Assembly: GCA_965204725.1 (NCBI GenBank)
Contig: OZ242005.1
Location: forward strand, 4,768,001 to 4,832,000
DNA: 64,000 nucleotides
DNA from: Candidatus Latescibacterota bacterium
Lineage (GTDB): Bacteria; Latescibacterota; UBA2968; UBA8231
Reading direction: 5' to 3'
In this document: in pieces, positions 38,050-47,959 of the stretch
Numbering within the stretch: position 1 is the stretch's first letter
Layout of the letters: the number at the start of each line of letters is the position of its first letter
Program-made: the position numbers and the translations under genes
The notes under the pieces: generated by a model
Database searches by the model: none
Seen by the model: the letters and a program-made list of their open reading frames with translations, nothing else
Told to the model about the DNA's origin: nothing

Positions 38050-38874
38050 GTGAACGAAATCGAAACCTTTGAATTCGACCGCCAAGGCTACATCGTCATT
38101 GAGAGCCTGCTGAACGAGACCCAAGTCGCCGCGCTGGCCGAGGCCGTTGATGAGCTGGAAGAACACGCGCTCGCGCACGTCACCCAGCCGCCGCGCAAGC
38201 AAAGTGGCTGGGGGGCTGATTACCACGCCAATCCCGAGCGCGGCTATCACGCCAACGGCGAGCGGGCCGAGGGCAAGACCCTCATCATTGAAGATTACTG
38301 GAACGCCAACCCGGCCTTTGACGTTTTGCTCGACCACCAGCCGACGATGAACTACATCCGCGGCATCGTCAAACAGCGGCCGACGATCAACAACTCCGAA
38401 ATCCGCATCCGCTACCGCGGCAACGCCACCGGCTGCCACGGCGGCACCGTCTCGGCCAGCCAAAAGTACCGCTATAGCTACACCGAGCACGGCATTGACT
38501 GCATGATGGTGCGAATGGTCTATTTCATTCACGATTGCACCAACGAGCAGGGGGCTTTTTGCGTGGTGCCGGGAACGCACAAGACCAATCTGCCCTCGCC
38601 CCACAGCAACGACCCAGACGAAGACCCAGACATGATCGGCCTAGCGGTCAAGGCCGGGGACGCGATTCTCTTCACCGAGAATTTGCGCCACGGCGGGTTC
38701 ACCAACCGCTCTGAGCAGACGCGCAAGACCCTGCACGTGGGCTACGGGCCGCATTGGATGATGTCGCAAAACATCGCCACCATGGACGAAAAGCAACACC
38801 TCACCCCAGCGACATTCGCCCGCCTCACAGAAGCGCAGCGGGATTTGTTCCGCGCCTATCCACCCCAGCACTAA
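38050..38874 (+). CDS. PhyH-family Fe/2OG enzyme with HxG motif
   Basis: FEFDRQGYIVI, GCHGG, GAFCVVPGTHK, ENLRHGG...RKTL; AAGGAG SD before GTG 38050. Confidence 0.82.
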   Translation: MNEIETFEFDRQGYIVIESLLNETQVAALAEAVDELEEHALAHVTQPPRKQSGWGADYHANPERGYHANGERAEGKTLIIEDYWNANPAFDVLLDHQPTMNYIRGIVKQRPTINNSEIRIRYRGNATGCHGGTVSASQKYRYSYTEHGIDCMMVRMVYFIHDCTNEQGAFCVVPGTHKTNLPSPHSNDPDEDPDMIGLAVKAGDAILFTENLRHGGFTNRSEQTRKTLHVGYGPHWMMSQNIATMDEKQHLTPATFARLTEAQRDLFRAYPPQH

Positions 38875-38898
38875 GTCGGAAATTCTTCGTAGTAGCGG

Positions 38899-38982
38899 CC
38901 AACCTTCCAAGGATCGAGGGCATCTTGCCCTCGTCGAGGGCGGGACGCCCTCGATCCCGGAGGCAACGTAAGTGTCGCGTAT
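38899..38982 (+). repeat. Family A mini-element copy flanked by a 24 bp direct repeat
   Basis: Full REP doublet and right end GTGTCGCGTAT|TTA; GTCGGAAATTCTTCGTAGTAGCGG at both 38875-38898 and 38987-39010. Confidence 0.82.
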
Positions 38983-41538
38983 TTAGGTCGGAAATTCTTC
39001 GTAGTAGCGGTCAAAGGCCGCGGGCGTGCCGCAGACGTAGAGCGCGTCCTCGGGCTCGAGAACCAGCGAAGCCGGAATCTCCATAATCACATCGCCAGCC
39101 CGCTCGACAGCCACCACCGAGCAGCCCGTGCGCTCGCGGATCCGCGCGGCGAGCGGGTGACGCCCGGCGAGCGGACCCGGCTTGAGCTTGACCATCTTGA
39201 TCCGAGGCTTGTGCGAAACCGTCTCGCCGAGGACGTGGTGAACGAGCAACTGGCCGGCGACTTGGCTGACCGAGAGCGCGAAATCAGCGCCGGCGCGCTG
39301 CACCCGGTCTGAGTTTTCAACGTGGGACACGCAGGCCAACAGGGGAATTTCTGGGACGTGATCGCGGACCACGGCCGCGGCGAACAGGGCGGCCCCGTCG
39401 CTGTCGAGGGCGAGGATGACGACCCGGGCCTCCGCAATGGCGGCGCGGTCTAAGACGCGCACATCGAGCACATCGCCGACCACATCGACTCCAGCGCTTG
39501 CAACCGCATCGACGACCCGCACATCCTCGCCGGCCGCACGGAGGATCTCGACCAGCTTCTGCCCGACATCCCCAAAGCCAATCACCGCAATCGGCCCTTG
39601 CTGGGTAATTGGCCGGGCCATGTCGTTTAACCTGTGAAGGCTCGCGGGCGTACCGACAGCCACCAAAATGGCTCCGGGCTGGAGCTTTTCCGCTGCAGCC
39701 GGCGGCGACCCGAGCGCGTCGTCCGCCCACTGCCCGACGATGTGGGCCCCAGTCCGGGTGTAGAGCTCGGCCTCGGCCAAGGTGCGGTTGGCGAGCGGGC
39801 TTTGGTCGTGAACGCGCAGCTCGGCGACTTCGAGGAACGAGTCGAGCGACTCTACGCCCGCTACGCGCGGCCCGATCTTCGCACTGGCGCGGACGGCAAT
39901 CGCCGCGGCGAGGACGTGATTGGGGGTAAAGGCCACGGTTGCGCCCGCCAGCAACATGGGGCCGCGGCGCTGGGGGTGCTCGATCATCGCCACGATGGGA
40001 CCGGCAAAGCCGGCCTCGCGGGCACTGATCGTAAACAGGGCGTTGTCGTCGTCCGAACCGTTGGCTACCAGCACCTTGGCCTTGGTCAACGGCTGCAAGT
40101 CCAGCGTATCCAGCGCGAGATGGGCATGTACGACCTGTACATCAGCACTGGTCTGAAGCTGCCGCGCGGTCGCCTCGTCCTCTTCGATCACCACCAGCGG
40201 CAGGTGCCGGCTGGAAAGCTCTTCGATTAGGGTCTCGACCTCTGGCCCGTACTTGTAGATGACCACGGCGTCTTCCACTGTGGGCAAGGCGCCTTCGGCT
40301 GGATTTTCGTCAAAGAGCGGGGTATGGAACTTGTCGATTTGAAATACCCCGAGGTGGGTGTCGCCCCCATGCGCCACCCGGCCTTCTAGGAGGACGGCGC
40401 AGCCCTTGAGCGCCAGCGGCGTGAAGAGATTTAACAGGAATGCGGTGAAGATCAAAATGCTAAAGGTCTCCTGACCGATGACCCCTTGTGCCAAGGCCAG
40501 CGCGGCCAAGATAAACGCCATCTCGGCGCGGCCGCACATGCCCACGCCCACCGTCAGCGCCTCGCGCCAAGGTATGCCGAGGCGCAACGCCATGCCACCG
40601 GCACTAAGCACTTGCCCGGCGATGACCGTCACGGCCAGCAACGCGATAAACGCCACGCTCGACGCGCTAATGTCAAACGAAATGGAAAAGCCCAGCGAGA
40701 TGAAGAAGATCGGCCCGAGGAACGAATAGGCAATGCCGTACGCGCGGTCATTGACCACCTTGACTAAGTTGGGGTGGGCGACGCGCTCTTCAAAGAACAG
40801 ACCCGCCAAGTAGGCACCCAAAATCATGTGCAGCCCAATGGCCTCGGCAAAAAGACCGGCGGCAATGGCAGCCAGCAGCACAAAAGTGAACCCCTTGCCG
40901 CCTTCGGCGCGGAAGGGCAGCGTGAGGCGGGGATAGACAAAGGTGCCCAATATCAGCGCGACCGCGAAGAAACCCACCACTTTGCCCAAGTTGACGGCCA
41001 AGTCCAACGGAGCAAAGGCCCCACCGGAAAGCGCGCCGATCACGAGGCTAAAAAAGATCAAGGTCAAAAGGTCGTTGATGATGCAACTGGCGATGATGAT
41101 TCGCGCAATGCGCGTATCAGTCAACCCCAAGTCCTTGAGGCTTTTTAGGGTAATTACAACGGCGGTCGCGGTGCCGATGATCAGCCCCACGAAGACCGAG
41201 GCGACCAGCTCCAGCCCGAAGAGTTGGGCGACGGCAAAACTGACGGCAAAGGGCACGGCCGCCCCGGCTATCGCCACCCCCAGCGAGCGCTTGAGCGCGG
41301 CGAAAAACTCGTTGGGCTGGGTCTCCACCCCGGCGTGGAACATCAGAAAGAAGATGCCGATCTCGGCCAACAACTGGATGGCCTCGTCCGGCTCGATCCA
41401 GCCGAACACGGCCGGCCCGACCAAGACCCCGACGATCAATTCGCCCATCACGGTCGGCAGGCCCAGCGGCCGCAAGGTCACGGCGACCAGCCAAATCCCG
41501 GCGAGCAAGATGAGTAAGTCGAGTGCTACATCGTGCAT
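38983..41538 (-). CDS. CPA2 cation:proton antiporter with two TrkA-N/TrkA-C (RCK) modules
   Basis: PTVMGELIVGVLVGP, many TM segments, GMCGRAEMAF; C-terminal VIGFGDVG and TGCSVVAVER. Confidence 0.88.
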   Translation of the reverse strand: MHDVALDLLILLAGIWLVAVTLRPLGLPTVMGELIVGVLVGPAVFGWIEPDEAIQLLAEIGIFFLMFHAGVETQPNEFFAALKRSLGVAIAGAAVPFAVSFAVAQLFGLELVASVFVGLIIGTATAVVITLKSLKDLGLTDTRIARIIIASCIINDLLTLIFFSLVIGALSGGAFAPLDLAVNLGKVVGFFAVALILGTFVYPRLTLPFRAEGGKGFTFVLLAAIAAGLFAEAIGLHMILGAYLAGLFFEERVAHPNLVKVVNDRAYGIAYSFLGPIFFISLGFSISFDISASSVAFIALLAVTVIAGQVLSAGGMALRLGIPWREALTVGVGMCGRAEMAFILAALALAQGVIGQETFSILIFTAFLLNLFTPLALKGCAVLLEGRVAHGGDTHLGVFQIDKFHTPLFDENPAEGALPTVEDAVVIYKYGPEVETLIEELSSRHLPLVVIEEDEATARQLQTSADVQVVHAHLALDTLDLQPLTKAKVLVANGSDDDNALFTISAREAGFAGPIVAMIEHPQRRGPMLLAGATVAFTPNHVLAAAIAVRASAKIGPRVAGVESLDSFLEVAELRVHDQSPLANRTLAEAELYTRTGAHIVGQWADDALGSPPAAAEKLQPGAILVAVGTPASLHRLNDMARPITQQGPIAVIGFGDVGQKLVEILRAAGEDVRVVDAVASAGVDVVGDVLDVRVLDRAAIAEARVVILALDSDGAALFAAAVVRDHVPEIPLLACVSHVENSDRVQRAGADFALSVSQVAGQLLVHHVLGETVSHKPRIKMVKLKPGPLAGRHPLAARIRERTGCSVVAVERAGDVIMEIPASLVLEPEDALYVCGTPAAFDRYYEEFPT

Positions 41539-41661
41539 GAGCGAAGCCTCTGCGCGTTGACGGCCTTTATGCGATTGATAATAAAGGCATTATAAAAAAA
41601 GAAGGCGGCGGCGGGCAACCTCGGGGTGGTAATGGTGCGGGTTCGTGCGTTAATTGAAAAC

Positions 41662-43470
41662 GTGAATCAAAACGCCCCCAGCATCCACCCCCGCCAAGTG
41701 CGCCAAGTCCTTATGTGGTTCGCCGGCGTCCTGTGGCGCGGTGCGCCTCTGTCGGCCCTCTTAATCGCCAGCGCCAAGTGCTTAGCGGCCCTATTGCCGG
41801 CCGGGCGCATCCTGCTGATCAAGGAGCTCGTCGATGCCGTCCACGCCGCCTTCGGCCAAGGACCGGCTCAGTTCGAGGCGGTGGTCCCCCTGCTGGCCGG
41901 CTTGACGGGCTTGCGGATGTTGGAGGCCGGACTGACGGCGGTGCAGGGCCACGCGGCCGCCGTCATGCGGGAGCAGACTAGCTGGAAGCTGCAAGAGCGG
42001 GTCCTCAACCAAGCGGCCAGCGTGGGGTTGGACGCATTTGAACGCCGCGAGTTTTTCGACCGCATGCAGCGGGCGCGGCAGGCCGCGTACTTCCGCGCCT
42101 ACGGCATCTTCCGCGACGCCATGGCTGCGCTCGAAGGGTTTGTCGTCCTGTGCTCCCTAGTCGCGCTGTTTGCAACCGGGCACTGGTCCATCCCGGTGGT
42201 GCTCTTCTTGGGCACGGCCCCAGTGTTCTACACCCAAATCCGGCGGGGCCGCGAAATGTACGCGCTCTTTCACCGCCAGACGCCCGAGCAGCGCCGCGCC
42301 GAGTACTTGGTCGAGCTGATGACCGACCGCGACGCGGCCAAAGAAATCCGGCTCTACGGACTGGGCTATCTCCTCGCCCGCCTTTGGGAGGAGGTCGCGC
42401 AAACGCTCCGGCAGCAGCGCCTGCGGCTGGCTCTACGCCAGCAGCGCTATATGTTCGGCGGGCGGCTGAGCGGTATTAGCTCGGCGCTTTTGTCGCTGGT
42501 CATCTTGCTCTATCAAGCTACCTATGGCGTCCTGACCTTGGGGGGCTTTTTCGCCCTCGCCGAGGCCATCACGCGCTTCCAAAGCACACTCTTCCAACTG
42601 CTGCGCCAGATAGGCGATGTTTTTGAGCAAACGCTTTACATCCGCGACTTGCGCGACTTCGTGGAGGCACCCACTAAGCAGGAAGGCCGAGTAGCCCTGC
42701 CGGCCGCGCCGCTGGAAATCGCGATTGAAGACGCGGGGTTTGCCTATGGCGACGGGCCGCCCGTGCTCAGGGGGATCAATCTGCGGATTAGGCCGGGGGA
42801 GAAGCTCGCGTTGGTCGGGGAAAACGGGGCCGGCAAGACGACCCTCATCAAGCTGCTCTTAGGGCTGTACCAGCCGAGCACCGGGCGCGTCCTCTACAAC
42901 GGAGTCGATGGCCGCAACATCGACCCCCAGGTCTTGCGGCAGCGCTGCGCGGCGGTCTTCCAAGACTTCGTGCAATACCAGCGCACCGCGTACGAAAACA
43001 TCGGCTATGGCCGGGCCGAAGCGCTCGCCCAGCGGGGCCAAGTGGAGCGGGCCGCAAGCGCGGGGGGCAGTGCGCCGCTGATCGAGTCCTTGGCCGAGCG
43101 CTACGACACCATGCTGGGCCGCTACTTCGAGGGTGGGCAAGACCTATCGCGCGGGGAGTGGCAAAAGCTGGCCCTGTCGCGTGCGTACTTTCGCGACGCC
43201 CAAGTCCTCGTGTTTGACGAGCCAACAGCGGCCCTCGACCCGTGCGCCGAGTTGGAGGTCTTTCGCCAATTTTTGGCCCTGAGCGAGGGCAAGGCCGCTG
43301 TCTTCGTCTCGCACCGCATGGCCTCGGCGCGGGTGGCCGACCGAATCTTGGTCTTGCGCCAAGGCCGGGTGCTGGAGGAGGGGACGCACGCCGAACTGAT
43401 GCAGCGTCGCGGGGAGTACGCCCGCATGTTTTCCCTGCAAGCGCAGTGGTATCAGCCGGAGGTCCCGTGA
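41662..43470 (+). CDS. ABC exporter, fused permease/ATPase
   Basis: AAKEIRLYGL, GENGAGKT, AVFQDF, LSRGEWQK, VFDEPTAALDP; start uncertain (41626-41713). Confidence 0.88.
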   Translation: MNQNAPSIHPRQVRQVLMWFAGVLWRGAPLSALLIASAKCLAALLPAGRILLIKELVDAVHAAFGQGPAQFEAVVPLLAGLTGLRMLEAGLTAVQGHAAAVMREQTSWKLQERVLNQAASVGLDAFERREFFDRMQRARQAAYFRAYGIFRDAMAALEGFVVLCSLVALFATGHWSIPVVLFLGTAPVFYTQIRRGREMYALFHRQTPEQRRAEYLVELMTDRDAAKEIRLYGLGYLLARLWEEVAQTLRQQRLRLALRQQRYMFGGRLSGISSALLSLVILLYQATYGVLTLGGFFALAEAITRFQSTLFQLLRQIGDVFEQTLYIRDLRDFVEAPTKQEGRVALPAAPLEIAIEDAGFAYGDGPPVLRGINLRIRPGEKLALVGENGAGKTTLIKLLLGLYQPSTGRVLYNGVDGRNIDPQVLRQRCAAVFQDFVQYQRTAYENIGYGRAEALAQRGQVERAASAGGSAPLIESLAERYDTMLGRYFEGGQDLSRGEWQKLALSRAYFRDAQVLVFDEPTAALDPCAELEVFRQFLALSEGKAAVFVSHRMASARVADRILVLRQGRVLEEGTHAELMQRRGEYARMFSLQAQWYQPEVP

Positions 43471-45242
43471 AGCCCGCAAGCGCGACGCGCCTCTTGCCCA
43501 AGCTCCTCAAGGAGGTGCTGCGCGTCCATCCGTGGGGCATGGGGGGGCTGGCCGCCCTCGTGCTGGTCGGCTCGTTGCTGCCGGCCGTGGAGTTGTGGCT
43601 AACGGGGCGGATCGTCGATCAGCTCGCCTCCGCTCTGGGCGGCGGCCGAGCGGCTTTTTTGCAGGTCTTGCCTTGGGTCGGCGGCTTTTTCGCCACGCTT
43701 TTCACGTATATGCTGCTCGATATGGTGCGGGCGGTCTTGCAGACAGATGTCCAAGACAGAATCAGCGTGCGCTTACAGCGGCAAGTCGTCGATAAGGTGC
43801 AGAAGGTTGAGTTGGTCCACTTTGAGCACCCTGCGTTCTACGACGCGCTCAAGCGAGCTAACGAGGACCTGAGCGGCCGGCTCCTCAGCCTGCTCAACGT
43901 GGTGCTAGACACGGCCGGTGCGCTGGGGGGAATGGTCGCGGTCGTAGGTGTGCTGCTGACCGGGCACTGGGCTTTGGGGCCGCTGGCGTTGATCTGCTCG
44001 GCCCCGGGGGTGTGGGTGATGATGCGGCTGAACAAAAAGACCCACTACATCTATCGCGAGCGCACACCGCAATACCGCGAGACCTCCTATCTCCGCGAAT
44101 TGCTCACCGGGCGCGAACAAGCCATGGAGGTGCGGCTCTTCACGCTGCGCGACCACTTGCTCAACACGTGGCGCGAGAAGGCCGTTGCACTGGCGACCGA
44201 GCGCCGCGGGCTAGAGGCCAAACGGGATTGGCTCGGCGGGCTAACCGCCAGCATCGAGGGCTGGGGATACGTGGGCTGTCTGACGATTCTCGTCTGGTTG
44301 GTCGCCGGTGCCCAGCTAACCATCGGCCAGTACGGCATGTTGGCGCGGGCCGTGCAGCAGTTTACTTGGCAGCTCGCGGGGATCATGCGCTCCTTGAACA
44401 CCCTGCACGAGGAGTCGCTGTATCTAGGGGACCTCTACGAATTCCTCGACCGGACGGCTCCCGAAGCGTCCTCGGGCGCGGCGGACGAAGGCCAAGCCCT
44501 CAGCAACCTGCCGCTGCGCTTTGAGCAGGTATCCTTCCGCTATCCAGACAGCGACCTCGTGCTCGCGGGCATTGATCTAGAAATCCGGCCGGGCGAGCGC
44601 ATCGCGCTCGTGGGGGAAAACGGGGCTGGCAAGACGACGTTGGTCAAGCTGATGATGGGGCTGTATCAGCCGACGAGCGGCCGGGTTTTGCTCGGGGACG
44701 AGCCGCTTTTGGCCTATCCCCAAGAGCGAGTCCGGCAGCTTTTTGCCGCGGTCTTCCAAGACTTTGTGCGCTTCCAATTTCCCGTGCGCGCAAATATCGC
44801 CTTTGGGGCGCTGGGGCAAGCGGCCTCGGTCGAGCGGGCGGCCGAGCTGGCTGGAGCCGCGCCGTTTATCGCCGAGTTGCCCGGCCAGTACGAGGCCCTG
44901 CTGGGCAAAGAGCTGGGGGGTGCCGACTTATCTACGGGCGAATGGCAGAAGCTGGCTACGGCCCGGGCGCTGGTGCGAGCGGCCGAGTTTGTGGTGCTGG
45001 ACGAGCCGACGGCCGCGCTCGATCCCAAAGCCGAGGCCGAGGTCTATCGGCGCTTTGGGGAGATGACTAAGGACAAGGCTTCGGTGATGATCTCGCACCG
45101 GCTGGGAGCAGCCCGCACGGCCGACCGCATCCTCGTGCTCAAAGGCGGGCAAATCGTCGAGCAAGGGACGCACGAGGCATTGATGCGGCAAGGCGGCGAG
45201 TATAGCCGATTGTTCAGCCTACAAGCTCAATGGTATGAGTAA
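43467..45242 (+). CDS. ABC exporter, fused permease/ATPase (probable heterodimer partner)
   Basis: GTG overlaps the previous stop; GENGAGKT, LSTGEWQK, VLDEPTAALDP, ISHR. Confidence 0.88.
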   Translation: MKPASATRLLPKLLKEVLRVHPWGMGGLAALVLVGSLLPAVELWLTGRIVDQLASALGGGRAAFLQVLPWVGGFFATLFTYMLLDMVRAVLQTDVQDRISVRLQRQVVDKVQKVELVHFEHPAFYDALKRANEDLSGRLLSLLNVVLDTAGALGGMVAVVGVLLTGHWALGPLALICSAPGVWVMMRLNKKTHYIYRERTPQYRETSYLRELLTGREQAMEVRLFTLRDHLLNTWREKAVALATERRGLEAKRDWLGGLTASIEGWGYVGCLTILVWLVAGAQLTIGQYGMLARAVQQFTWQLAGIMRSLNTLHEESLYLGDLYEFLDRTAPEASSGAADEGQALSNLPLRFEQVSFRYPDSDLVLAGIDLEIRPGERIALVGENGAGKTTLVKLMMGLYQPTSGRVLLGDEPLLAYPQERVRQLFAAVFQDFVRFQFPVRANIAFGALGQAASVERAAELAGAAPFIAELPGQYEALLGKELGGADLSTGEWQKLATARALVRAAEFVVLDEPTAALDPKAEAEVYRRFGEMTKDKASVMISHRLGAARTADRILVLKGGQIVEQGTHEALMRQGGEYSRLFSLQAQWYE

Positions 45243-45245
45243 GGA

Positions 45246-45515
45246 CTAGCGCCGGCGGCCTCTGCGGGGCTTGCCGCGCGGGCGCGAGAAGGGGCGGGCA
45301 GTCATTTCCTCGACGACCATGTCAAAGCCCTTGAGGTTTTGCCCGTTGAGCATGTCAATGGCCTCGCGGGCCGCGGCCTTGCTGGGCATGTCGATTTGGC
45401 CCCAGCGGCGGCGCGGGTCAATGGTGACAGCGGCGACCGCACCGAACAACTCAAACAGCGTGCGGAGGTCGTCCGCGGTGGTGTCAGCAGACAGATTATC
45501 GACGCGAATCTTCAT
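45246..45515 (-). CDS. RRM-domain RNA-binding protein
   Basis: MKIRVDNLS...LRTLFELFGAV...AIDMLNG; basic tail. Confidence 0.82.
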   Translation of the reverse strand: MKIRVDNLSADTTADDLRTLFELFGAVAAVTIDPRRRWGQIDMPSKAAAREAIDMLNGQNLKGFDMVVEEMTARPFSRPRGKPRRGRRR

Positions 45516-45524
45516 CTAAACTCC

Positions 45525-45565
45525 AAAATAAAAAGGGGGTGATGCGGTGTACATCACCCCCTTTT
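45525..45565 (-). terminator. Rho-independent terminator after the cold-shock gene
   Basis: AAAAGGGGGTGATG/CATCACCCCCTTTT perfect stem. Confidence 0.85.
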
Positions 45566-45588
45566 GCACTGTGATAAAGCGCAAGGGT

Positions 45589-45798
45589 CTAAAGTGCTAC
45601 GACGCTCTCAGCGGCCGGGCCTTTCTTGCCCTGAACGACCTCAAACTCCACCTGCTGCCCGTCGGACAAGGTGCGAAACCCCTCGGCCCGGATCGCGCTG
45701 TGATGGACGAAAACATCTTCGCCGTTTTCGCGCTCGATAAATCCGAAGCCCTTCGCGTCGTTGAACCACTTTACGGTTCCCTTCTCGCGGTCTGCCAT
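45589..45798 (-). CDS. Cold-shock protein (CspA family)
   Basis: [29 protein letters not shown]. Confidence 0.96.
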   Translation of the reverse strand: MADREKGTVKWFNDAKGFGFIERENGEDVFVHHSAIRAEGFRTLSDGQQVEFEVVQGKKGPAAESVVAL

Positions 45799-45850
45799 GG
45801 GTAAAATCCTTTGCAATGTGCGGTTAGTGCAGAGCGTGCGAATAACTTTG

Positions 45851-45917
45851 AGTAGGAATCTACTGCTTCAGGCTTTTCGGTAGGAAAACTACATCAGGCC
45901 CGGGGGTAGGAATCTAC
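45851..45917. repeat. Three mini-hairpin repeats in the cold-shock gene's 5' region
   Basis: GTAGGAATCTAC (45852), GTAGGAAAACTAC (45880), GTAGGAATCTAC (45906); TCAGGC in both spacers. Confidence 0.7.
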
Positions 45918-46175
45918 GCGGATCCGAACGACTGCCAACGTGCGATGAACGCCCCTACAACTATTGCAGAGACACGTAATGGGCTAAATATAGTCAATCT
46001 TAGCCGCAACACAAGCAACTAATTCGCCTGCCGCCGGGCCGTCCAACCCACCCCTTCTCCCTCGTTTCTTGGTTTGGAATTGGTGCTGCGGCCTCTATAT
46101 TAGAAATTCACAAAATGGATAGACGGCCCCAATCCCGTTTATCCCAGCCATCCATGTCGGACCAATGGAGAGACC

Positions 46176-46871
46176 ATGAGCGCGACCGGACCGGGGTTTG
46201 CCGCCGAACATTTGAGCCTCCTTGCGCGGGTCCAGCGCGTGTTTTACGCACCGCGCACGGCTTTTGCCGCAGTGCGCGGCCAAGAGAGCGCCCACGACTG
46301 GTTGCTGCCGGCCCTCTTGGTTTGCGCGGTGGGGGTTGGTGCCCATCACCTAGCCTTCACCGTGGGGGCCCCGGCCATCCAACAGCAGCTAGAGCACCTA
46401 GACGAGGCCGAGCGGCAGCGCGTAGAGGCGTTCCAAGCGCAAGGCTGGATGGTGATTCCGGTGGGGCTTTTCTCGTCCTTAGTCGTGGTCGGGGGCGTAC
46501 TTTTGGTGCTGGCGCGCTCGGCTTTCCAAGCCGAGGTTAGCTACCGGCAAATGCTAATAGTCAAGGCGTATGCAGCCCTCGTGGTCGCTGTCGAGTGGGC
46601 GGTGCAGGCGGTGCTGGTGCTGGCGACGGGCGACATCGGGGCGCATCTGGGGTTGGGCCTTTTCCTGTCTGAGGAGGCTTCAGCCACGTTTGGCGGCCGG
46701 GTGCTCATGGCCCTCAACCCCTTTGATCTGTGGCAGATTGGGATCATGGGCGTCGGGTTGAGCGCGCTGGCCGACGCGCCCGTGCGGAAGGCGACCCTCT
46801 TGCTCGGGCTTTTGTGGCTGTTCTGGCTAGTCGGCGGAACCGTCATCGAGACCGTCGGGCGGACCGCTTGA
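46176..46871 (+). CDS. Yip1-family membrane protein
   Basis: RVFYAPRTAFAAV...WLLP; LNPFDLWQI; several TM segments. Confidence 0.75.
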   Translation: MSATGPGFAAEHLSLLARVQRVFYAPRTAFAAVRGQESAHDWLLPALLVCAVGVGAHHLAFTVGAPAIQQQLEHLDEAERQRVEAFQAQGWMVIPVGLFSSLVVVGGVLLVLARSAFQAEVSYRQMLIVKAYAALVVAVEWAVQAVLVLATGDIGAHLGLGLFLSEEASATFGGRVLMALNPFDLWQIGIMGVGLSALADAPVRKATLLLGLLWLFWLVGGTVIETVGRTA

Positions 46872-47904
46872 CGTCAGGGGTCAGTCTTTCTACCCCCCCC
46901 ACTTCCACTCCCTGCACCTCAAACACTTCTGCGAGAAAATTCTCGCCTAGGCGCACGTTGCCCGTAGCGTCTGGGTGGAGATTGTCGGGCAGGTATTCGG
47001 CGAGGCTTTCGTCAAAGAGCTTGAGACCGTCTATGTAATAGATGGTGTCGTCGCCGCGCCGCTTAAACGCTTCGACCGCCTCCGCCACCTCGACGCGCAT
47101 CTGCTCCAAGGTCAGGCCGACCTCATTGGGCGCGGCCTCGCGGTCGTGCCCCCAAATCGGCGAGCAGACCGCAAACGGGGTGTGGGGATGGCCGTCGCGG
47201 ATGGTGGCAAGGGTGCCGAGGACGGCCGGGCGGAAGGTGCGCGGCCCGAGGCTGGCCGCACCGTAGATATTGATGCCGATCTTGACCGAGATAAAGTCTG
47301 CGGGCAGGTCGCGGATGAGCCGAGCGATGAACGGGTCGGCGTGGCACTGGCCGCCGTAGCCCAGCGAAGTGAGGTTGAAGTCCCGAGCGCGAGCGACCAC
47401 CCCGGGCCAAGTGGTGGCGGGCGATCCGGCGGTGCTGCAATGGGTGATGGAACTGCCGTAAGTAACCCACTTCAGCCGCGTGTCCTCGCTTTTTTCGCAA
47501 CGCGCTCCCGCGGGCAATTCAAGGTGGCGCAGGGCGACGGGCATGGCCGGCGACAGCCAGATCTCCAAGGGTTTCTCGCCCGCAGGCAAGCCCGCAAAGC
47601 GGACCTCGGTCGCACCAGCCACATACCGAGCCGTGGCCGCGATCGATCCGTTGATGCACAGGTCAAAGCAGCTGTCCTCGGCCAGCGGCTCGCAGCCGAC
47701 GACCAATTCCTCGGCGTCCGAGACCAAGCGCACTCGCACACCCGAAGGCATCGCGGCCCGCTCGGCTAGGCCGGTCTCCCCGGGCGAATACAAGTCCAAA
47801 TCCCCATGGGGAATGCGCCACGGCTTGACCCAGCCCGGCCCCTCTTCGAGCGAGAGGGCACCACTCCACGTTAGGCGGGGGTCTGTGGCAGGAATGATGG
47901 GCAT
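46843..47904 (-). CDS. SGNH/GDSL hydrolase
   Basis: WVTYGSSITH, LGYGGQC, KIGIN, PDNLHP. Confidence 0.88.
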   Translation of the reverse strand: MPIIPATDPRLTWSGALSLEEGPGWVKPWRIPHGDLDLYSPGETGLAERAAMPSGVRVRLVSDAEELVVGCEPLAEDSCFDLCINGSIAATARYVAGATEVRFAGLPAGEKPLEIWLSPAMPVALRHLELPAGARCEKSEDTRLKWVTYGSSITHCSTAGSPATTWPGVVARARDFNLTSLGYGGQCHADPFIARLIRDLPADFISVKIGINIYGAASLGPRTFRPAVLGTLATIRDGHPHTPFAVCSPIWGHDREAAPNEVGLTLEQMRVEVAEAVEAFKRRGDDTIYYIDGLKLFDESLAEYLPDNLHPDATGNVRLGENFLAEVFEVQGVEVGGVERLTPDVKRSARRSR

Positions 47905-47959
47905 GAAAATCCTTTCTGTGTGGAAGGGAAAAGGCTCACCCGGTGCGCGGGCGGCCTCA

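Noticed and set aside
45851-45917. Possible CRISPR or CsrB-like GGA repeats
   Set aside because: Repeats are only 12-13 nt with ~15 nt gaps; GGA is on the strand opposite the csp mRNA and lacks the ANGGA loop context
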